Part shown: positions 60,401 to 64,000 of the stretch, piece after piece
How positions within the stretch are numbered: the stretch's first letter is position 1
How the letters are laid out: every line of letters starts with the position of its first letter
Source: Lingula anatina
Taxonomy: Eukaryota > Animalia > Brachiopoda
NCBI GenBank assembly: GCA_051362555.1
Contig: CM120641.1
Span: forward strand, 31,688,401 to 31,752,400
DNA: 64,000 nt
Reading direction: 5' to 3'
The notes under the pieces: model-generated
The model's input: the letters and a program-made list of their open reading frames with translations, nothing else
The model's database searches: none
What the model was told of the DNA's origin: nothing
Position numbers and translations under genes: made by a program

Positions 60401-62884
60401 TGGCTCTTCTCGATGTGAATGCGGCCTAAGTTTGTGACAAAAGAGCTTTTGATCTCTGCTATCTACTAAACTGATGAAACTCTTAAAAAATATCACTGAT
60501 TACAGGGAGGGAAATGGGCGGTCGCCAGTTGCCAAATGCGACCGCTTAAATGAATTGGCAAGTGCCAATCTCAGTAACTGGTCCAAACGCGCGACTGCTC
60601 TATAAGCAGCGGCAACATGAGAAGTATACGGGGTTTTTACTTGTCCTTAGATATTTTTCCTTTTTTTTAAAAATCCGCTCCCAATTTTGTCTGCATTGAA
60701 GACTACGCGAGTTTCAGATGTGTTGACCTACTTTAATGATGCTTCCACGTCAGACGTTATTTGCATGCCACCTGACCTCTTGCATCAGACTGTCAATTTT
60801 GACCAATCAGATTTTACCACAGCATTCGCGCCGTATGAAGTAGCAGAGCCTCGAGGATTGAAAAGCTACGTACGCAACAAACCTTTTTCGGTAAAAATAC
60901 TAATTTACTTGAGTGCTGTTTTGTAGTTTTGAAGGGTAAATATAATTCTTTAAATGGTTTCTGGTCTTTTTGGATGTCAATAGCTTATAGTTACATTCAA
61001 GATTTTACAAGAAACGTTACTTTTCCTGTTGGGACCATTAGCATGCTGCCGAAATATTTTATTGGAAATTAAATCAAAACTACATTTAGTGTGTGAATTG
61101 AATTAGTTCAACTTATCTTACAGTTTTATAGCGATGTGGAGGTTTTTGCCTGGTGTGGCAAAGCCGCCAGAGCCTCTAAAAAGAAAAACACCGACAAATG
61201 ACGAAAGCGAACAACCTAGCAATAAATGTAAAAAAAAAAAAGAGAGCGCGGGTACCTTCCTTTATAACAGCTACGGATTTTTGAGGAAAATAAAAAGGCG
61301 AGGATTTTTTGTTCCGTTTTATGGTTATATTTCAACTTTTGGGACTTTGAAGTCACTTCCTATTTTGTGTTAATACAATGGGTGTTAACCCATTGTTCTA
61401 ATTCCAAACCTTGTTTGGGTAAACACAGTTTACCAGAGATTAATAACTCCTTTATATTTTTTAACCTAATAGTTAAAATACTTGATTCCTAATGTGGCGT
61501 CATTTCCTTAAACCATAAAAGGTGGGGAGAAAAAGCTGTTTAGTTTTTAAAATGTGAATAAATGTTGATGGGAGTTATTTGGTTGATTTCATTTCTTTTA
61601 AATAAGTTCAAAATAAAAACATGAAAATTAAACTTCATTTGCTTTATTTTATTGGCACATCTTAATAATAATTAAAAAAAAAAAAAAACGAAGTTGCACA
61701 GTATGTTTAAACCATCCACCCCTTTTCGATTCTGTCATAATTGGACCAGTGCCCCAAGGCCTGGGACCACTACCTCCAGAGTCAACTGGTCCAAGTGGAC
61801 CAGTGCTGAAAAATTCCCATTTCCCTCCCTGACTGAAATCTCTTGAGGATTAGAAAATATAAGAACCATTTATTTTGCAGTGTGCATTTCAGGCTGGGAG
61901 AGAGGTCAAAGGTTAAATTTAGTGTCATGTTTAGAGTCCCAATGTATGGTTTACTATTAAAAGGTCAAATTTAAGGTTGACTCCTATCCTATCCTACTTT
62001 TAAAGTAACTATGGGTGTGTCTTTGCTAGTTTTGTGAATATTTTACAGTTGAATTTTTAAAACTTTGACCCTTGTGCATTGCAACACTGTACTATTGGAA
62101 ATGATGCAACTCCTTATTAATTATGATACCATCCCTGGCGCATATGATCTGTTTCAGCCAAATTATGCCCTAGACATTAGTCTATACAAATCCTTTTTAA
62201 GTTCAGTATCATATTGAGATCATCAGACTGTTTGTGGCCCTCATGGACTCATTAAATTCTATCGAAAATCATGTATATATTCCAATGGACACTTTGGTTT
62301 TTCATTTTTCGCATGCAGGGATTCATTTAGTATATTGATTAGGAAATGTGAAGAAAATGCATGATGGAAATATAATTTTGCAATTTTGTCAAGGTGAAAC
62401 TATATATTGCCTGGACTGATGTGCTGCACACTTTTTGTTTTGCCATGGTATTATATAACAGACATGCTGAAACTGTCGGACCGATCGGTCATGACTGGGA
62501 AAATTTGTCTGGACCGGTAGAAAATTGGACTTGGTCAGTTCAAAGGACCGACAAGAGTTTTAAGAACCCCAATTTTTAATTTACAGTCATCTTTCGACAT
62601 ACTTCACTAATAAAATTATATAAAACCCAAAGCATTTTTTCCCTTCCATTTCAAAACTGTCACATTCACAAAGTAAGCTACCTAATCGTACTGGTAGTCT
62701 CAAACGAATAGAGTGATTTTCGGTCCGACAAAAATTCATTCGGTCTGGCAAATTTTTCATTACTGCCGGTCCAAATGTCCGGCTATTCTGAAAAGTTTTC
62801 AGCATATCTGATATAATTATGTTTGCTAACATAAAAATGAAGTAAAACTTACTTGTCTATTGACCCAGACCGATGTGTTCTTGG
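2941..62884 (-). CDS. PLEKHA8: PLEKHA8/FAPP2-like glycolipid transfer protein gene, 3' portion (multi-exon; 5' exons beyond the window)
   Basis: Exons 62853-62884, 51451-51729, 39576-39661, 34124-34182, 27386-27516, 21596-21728, 2941-3138 join in frame with GT-AG introns. The protein reads ...HTFFSNMKPSFQDIKLAANGGIPVQTFLQSCKAVVSIFDKLSSTAFAPVKMDISGNIRKINEKY...SATQALLWLKRALHFIKEFL...AYERSLKPYHGWVVRGVFSLAAKAAPYREEF...DFYISEDLDSQEQV*. This is a GLTP domain with the D-xxx-N-xx-K, LLWLKR and HGW motifs; the long linker points to FAPP2 rather than stand-alone GLTP. Confidence 0.9.
3196..3318. repeat. 47-bp tandem repeat, ~2.6 copies
   Basis: ttcaacatttgaatacaatccctcttatttgatggctgttctgttag repeated exactly. 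Confidence 0.9.
5780..7300. mobile_element. Old fragmented HINE A/B remnants in mixed orientation
   Basis: Degenerate reverse-complement copies of the 146-bp unit and core (6140-7010) and family B ends (5790-5820, 7200-7300). Confidence 0.55.
7389..7583 (-). CDS. Putative alternative (duplicated) terminal coding exon, 64 aa
   Basis: Strong polypyrimidine tract plus CAG, phase 0, open frame VALSVVASDTLSFTQSFALSEEDFHNPGYKSQLLKDFEEKSNDIYFIISRINEFYESEGISVNE*; aligns with the canonical last exon. Confidence 0.75.
   Translation of the reverse strand, partial: VALSVVASDTLSFTQSFALSEEDFHNPGYKSQLLKDFEEKSNDIYFIISRINEFYESEGISVNE
8656..9100 (+). mobile_element. Possible piggyBac-like transposon left end remnant
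   Basis: TTAA followed by CCCCTT; downstream decayed acidic frame ESDIDSDDDIPLTTL; no right end found. Confidence 0.3.
10095..12460 (-). mobile_element. Helentron-type non-autonomous element (HINE/DINE-like), family A, full length
   Basis: Subterminal inverted repeats ttgtaccaccagc/gctggtggtacaa, terminal hairpins (gaggcgataccgcctc; gtaccgccagcg..cgctggtggtac), (ggagccggc)n microsatellite, ~8 x 146-bp units, CTAGTT end on the minus strand, no TSD. Confidence 0.88.
10300..11440. repeat. 146-bp satellite-like tandem array within HINE-A
   Basis: agtaggtcaaaggtca recurs at 10455, 10601, 10747, 10892, 11038, 11184, 11330. Confidence 0.95.
13365..13531. mobile_element. MITE with CAGGCCCGTAGCCAG TIRs, 6-bp TSD
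   Basis: 15-bp perfect TIR; tttaag on both sides; interrupts the LINE. Confidence 0.88.
14118..14450. mobile_element. MITE with CCCTTAGCAAA TIRs and internal gcagcaaattt repeats (CMC/EnSpm-like)
   Basis: cccttagcaaa ... tttgctaaggg termini; many short subterminal repeats in both orientations. Confidence 0.7.
14978..17031 (-). mobile_element. Older HINE-A array (~12 diverged 146-bp units), truncated
   Basis: Degenerate units plus the start of the core; interrupted by a MITE and by a younger HINE-A at 17032. Confidence 0.8.
15482..15688. mobile_element. MITE with ccattcccatagat-type TIRs (copy 1 of 3)
   Basis: Inserted in a 146-bp unit; homologous to 51083-51246 and 58544-58757. Confidence 0.7.
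17032..18720 (-). mobile_element. HINE-A full copy (~4 units) nested in the older HINE-A
   Basis: Both termini present; host sequence resumes (ttaattgaaataa) after 18720. Confidence 0.85.
18733..19811. repeat. Near-identical ~1.1-kb local duplication of 22156-23045 plus 24916-25079
   Basis: Matching sequence and matching spurious ORFs (19168/22594, 19372/22798). Confidence 0.9.
19811..20749 (-). mobile_element. HINE-A partial copy (one unit, core and one terminus)
   Basis: Core homologous to 11400-12300; ends gcctacgctggtggtacaa. Confidence 0.8.
21596..21728 (-). CDS. PLEKHA8: Exon (R)ALHFIKEFLGELVSGEQDLTKAATKAYERSLKPYHGWVVRGVFS
   Basis: tttcag acceptor, gtaagt donor, phase 2 to 0, GLTP HGW motif. 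Confidence 0.95.
23046..24916 (-). mobile_element. HINE-A variant subfamily, full length (~5 units)
   Basis: Both termini present; different core; the empty site is visible in the duplicate at ~19620. Confidence 0.85.
25906..25987. mobile_element. 82-bp internally deleted CCCAGC-TIR element, TA flanks
   Basis: ta-cccagcaggca ... tgcccgctggg-ta; same family as 43030-44102. Confidence 0.75.
27151..27320. mobile_element. CAGGGGCGGAT MITE (copy 2, inverted relative to copy 1)
   Basis: TIRs; caaaa flanking duplication; lies 65 bp from an exon donor. Confidence 0.8.
27386..27516 (-). CDS. PLEKHA8: Exon KINEKYKTNPTAFSTLQAIVLYEKSVGQSQLSNSATQALLWLK(R)
   Basis: tttcag acceptor, gtaagt donor, phase 0 to 2, SATxALLWLKR motif. 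Confidence 0.95.
27713..29547 (-). mobile_element. HINE-A full copy (~5 units)
   Basis: Both termini, array, core and short microsatellite. Confidence 0.87.
30088..33222 (-). mobile_element. HINE-A full copy with internal duplication (two arrays) and a nested MITE
   Basis: Both termini present; the core breaks at ~31322 and returns to the array. Confidence 0.87.
30854..31041. mobile_element. PIF/Harbinger-type MITE
   Basis: ~50-bp TIR ggcttcgttcacatg...; TAA TSD; sibling HINE copies show the empty site gggactaaatgtta. Confidence 0.9.
33225..33587 (-). mobile_element. tRNA-derived SINE with Meta-like core
   Basis: A box tggccctgtgg, B box gggttcaaaaccc, core ctgcttggcactcagcactaaggg, AT-rich tail with aataaa. 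Confidence 0.8.
34124..34182 (-). CDS. PLEKHA8: Exon (D)KLSSTAFAPVKMDISGNIR
   Basis: tttcag acceptor, gtgagt donor, phase 1 to 0, FAPVKMDxxGNI motif. Confidence 0.95.
34608..35732 (+). mobile_element. 5'-truncated RTE-clade LINE (decayed RT)
   Basis: FIDYSKAFDKV, GVRQGC, INNLRYADATVLIA, LLYGCECWTL motifs with stops and frameshifts; (GA)n tail; 10-bp TSD atacaaacca (34598-34607, 35733-35742). Confidence 0.9.
36288..36443. mobile_element. CAGGGGCGGAT MITE (copy 3)
   Basis: TIRs; caataa TSD. Confidence 0.8.
37362..38447. mobile_element. Non-autonomous PIF/Harbinger-type element
   Basis: ~35-bp TIR ggccacactttt...ttatggatgacatcct; TAA TSD; partial second copy at 41055-41280. Confidence 0.85.
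38217..38295. mobile_element. 79-bp mini-transposon with 9-bp TSD (Mutator-like)
   Basis: cattttccg duplicated on both sides; ends homologous to 59327-59723. Confidence 0.8.
39576..39661 (-). CDS. PLEKHA8: Exon (S)FQDIKLAANGGIPVQTFLQSCKAVVSIF
   Basis: ttccag acceptor, gtaggt donor, phase 2 to 1, start of the GLTP fold. Confidence 0.93.
39755..40452. mobile_element. Diverged copy of the long-TIR Harbinger MITE family (see 59865-60426)
   Basis: Shared TIR and internal blocks; further remnant at ~21115-21370. Confidence 0.75.
40587..41054. mobile_element. Truncated CCCAGC-TIR element, inverted relative to 43640-44102
   Basis: ~470-bp diverged inverted homology. Confidence 0.75.
43030..44102. 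mobile_element. Non-autonomous DNA transposon with CCCAGC(A/G)GGCA TIRs, TA flanks and caacgttg subterminal repeats (CMC/EnSpm-like)
   Basis: ta-cccagcgggca ... tgtctgctggg-ta; left end tandemly duplicated at ~43154. Confidence 0.75.
46371..47491 (-). pseudogene. DIRS tyrosine recombinase, frameshifted, overlapping pol
   Basis: AAR, HSVR, GW and FY catalytic motifs spread over three ORF pieces (46850-47491, 46644-46862, 46371-46634). Confidence 0.9.
47173..49220 (-). pseudogene. DIRS pol: reverse transcriptase, RNase H and N6-adenine methylase-like domain
   Basis: GRLADFIDQW, YRLILNLKKLN, YIDD, TDAS/LEL/SDN RNase H, DCFAS...YLFPPF; stops near 49019 and 48739 and a frameshift in a T-run near 48950. 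Confidence 0.9.
49222..50319 (-). CDS. DIRS Gag-like ORF1 (open)
   Basis: Long open frame, likely ATG at MADETT; LFGDDL motif and RG-rich tail typical of DIRS Gag. Confidence 0.8.
   Translation of the reverse strand: MADETTCSTITKNGPEHVSDGRKGKGKSGSKNPKSVEKSSSEDNIMSLLVSLKASVDAQDGRLENIVSRIDNMEAQYSQYDDEVYVDNECVEPEEAGTTGEKRKLDSYLPDTEDNLFKHMAKKFNMSEEMADNVDDVLAKTVNDLFMNGLDEQHLNELIKQNHRPGNCDYLQVMKTNQLIWDQVPGWTKANDRKMQNIAHTLVKGANILVKTVNQVALYERNPEKDTSDHFGSMIENCNDVLALMGHMNRQINMTRKDFLKPQLSGEYAHLCSHELTYSQKFLFGDDLPKMARDIEDCSKIEHKLFDRSLRGRRGRGARGRGSVYRGVNRPTGGGRPRVWQDDPGAGPSFAKNYVRRGQRNLPKQ
51083..51246. mobile_element. ccattcccatagat MITE (copy 2)
   Basis: Homologous to 15482-15688, with an internal deletion. 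Confidence 0.65.
51451..51729 (-). CDS. PLEKHA8: Linker exon HSPRGQKSHQ...MVHTFFSNMKP
   Basis: tctag acceptor, gtaatt donor, phase 2 to 2; ends in the TFFS motif that precedes the FAPP2 GLTP domain. Confidence 0.88.
51907..51992. repeat. ~43-bp perfect tandem duplication
   Basis: tatggaactgtgatttccagagcttcgttaactcttatcaaaa x2. Confidence 0.9.
52193..54869 (-). mobile_element. HINE family B, best preserved full copy
   Basis: Hairpin plus subTIR atgtacagac at 52193-52223; ~335-bp and ~161-bp internal repeats; (gacggc)n microsatellite; terminal hairpin atgtacagacacatctgtgtctgtacat. Confidence 0.82.
57490..58250 (+). mobile_element. Tc1 (DD34E) transposase 3' fragment
   Basis: FQHDNMRPH...WPAISPDLNPIENVW motif; in-frame stops downstream. 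Confidence 0.88.
58544..58757. mobile_element. ccattcccatagat MITE (copy 3, inverted)
   Basis: TIR attt/cccatagat; homologous to 15482-15688. Confidence 0.7.
59327..59723. mobile_element. 397-bp non-autonomous element with 9-bp TSD (Mutator-like)
   Basis: ccctgtgag at 59318-59326 and 59724-59732; imperfect TIRs. Confidence 0.8.
59865..60426. mobile_element. PIF/Harbinger-type long-TIR MITE
   Basis: ggccgcattcacatcgagaagagcc termini; inverted homology extends ~170 bp; TAA TSD. Confidence 0.9.
60503..61831 (+). mobile_element. Non-autonomous hAT-like element
   Basis: 16-bp perfect TIR cagggagggaaatggg; partial TSD actga; remnant N-terminal frame MWRFLPGVAK...KRK. Confidence 0.75.
62459..62810. 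mobile_element. MITE with CAGACATGCTGAAA TIRs, 6-bp TSD
   Basis: atataa on both sides; ggacc subterminal motifs. Confidence 0.8.
62853..62884 (-). CDS. PLEKHA8: Probable 32-nt linker micro-exon PRTHRSGSID(K)
   Basis: ttttactttatag acceptor, perfect gtaagt donor; the phase-2 end (AA) joins the first A of the next exon to give Lys. Confidence 0.65.
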
Positions 62885-63157
62885 CTATAAAGTAAAACAA
62901 AATATATGAGTAAACAGACTGAAAATAATAAATGAGGCACACACTGATTGTCTGATATAAATATCACACCATTCAGCAAAATTAAAAATATTACTGACAT
63001 AAAGAGAGACTACAAGGAAACAAATTTACCAACCATACTGATATTTTTCAAACCAGTTAAAAGTTATGACAAATTCATTATCTGAAATTCTGGTATAAAA
63101 TTTAAATGCCAGCAACAAGAGCAACCAGAAATGTTAATGTTGAAATAAAAAACAGTA

Positions 63158-64000
63158 AACAAGGCAGCAAAGCTGTAAAATATACAGACAAAAAGCAGAA
63201 AATAAAGATGCTAAAAAAAGGTCATTTGTCAATTTTGATGCAATAATAAATAATGCTTATAACAGCACAGTCAACGCCAAATTTTAATCACCTGGCAAAA
63301 GAGGTAACATGGACAATAAGAAATTAGCTTCAGGACCATGAGAGTTCAAATTCACATACTTAAAACCCAAATATGTGAACCAGGAAGCAAAATGATTCAC
63401 AAAATAGGCCACTGTCGCTTCTGATGCAATAATACATTGTGCTTAACAGCAAAGTCAACATCAAATTTTAATAATGCACAACAGGCAATGCACATATAAG
63501 TAAAATATTTAACTAGCAATATGCTTCAGAGAGTTCAAGTTCACACTTTGAAAATGCCAGAATGAGAAAAATGAAAATTTCACAAAAAACTGCATAAATT
63601 CCAGAAAACATGATAATTCAATCAAGCTGGTTTTCCAATTTTAAGCTTCATTTCAATCCTAAGAATCATCAAGTTAAAAAATAATAAGTAACAGTTTCCT
63701 TTTCATAACGTTTGTGGTGGCAATGCACAAAGTAGTTTTTTTTATCAATATTGATGCAATATTCCATAATGATTAATGGCATAATAACCACCAATTTTTC
63801 ATTGTTTACAATACATAACTAAAATGAACATTTAGAAAATTTGATTACCATTTGGCATCAAGCCTGTAGGAGTTCTTAGTCCTACATTGAAAATGCCAAT
63901 ATGTAAAAAAATGAAAATTTTATAGAGAATTGTACTTCTTTAAGAAGAGAATGCAATCAGACTGGTTTTCCAACTGCACACCTATGAATCTTTCTGTAAG
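63158..64000 (-). mobile_element. HINE family B, runs off the window
   Basis: aacaaggcagcaaagctg start and family B body. Confidence 0.7.

Overview
AT-rich animal genomic DNA, probably a mollusc or other lophotrochozoan (inferred from the repeat families). The window holds the 3' part of one spliced minus-strand gene encoding a PLEKHA8/FAPP2-like protein: a Ser/Thr-rich linker plus a complete GLTP lipid-transfer domain, with the PH domain presumably upstream of the window. Seven phase-compatible exons were traced by hand. The most notable observation is a second, intact but strongly diverged copy of the terminal coding exon (7389-7583), absent from the ORF track, which would give the GLTP domain an alternative C-terminal third. 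The 5-18 kb introns are mostly nested mobile DNA: two families of Helentron-type non-autonomous elements (HINE/DINE-like) with 146-bp and ~161-bp internal satellite arrays, a full-length but decayed DIRS1 tyrosine-recombinase retrotransposon with ITR/ICR ends, Tx1/L1 and RTE LINE fragments, a tRNA-derived SINE, a Tc1 fragment and many MITEs. The 146-bp unit carries a composite nuclear-receptor-like motif. Most short ORFs in the supplied track are spurious. Coordinates were read by eye and may be off by a few bases.
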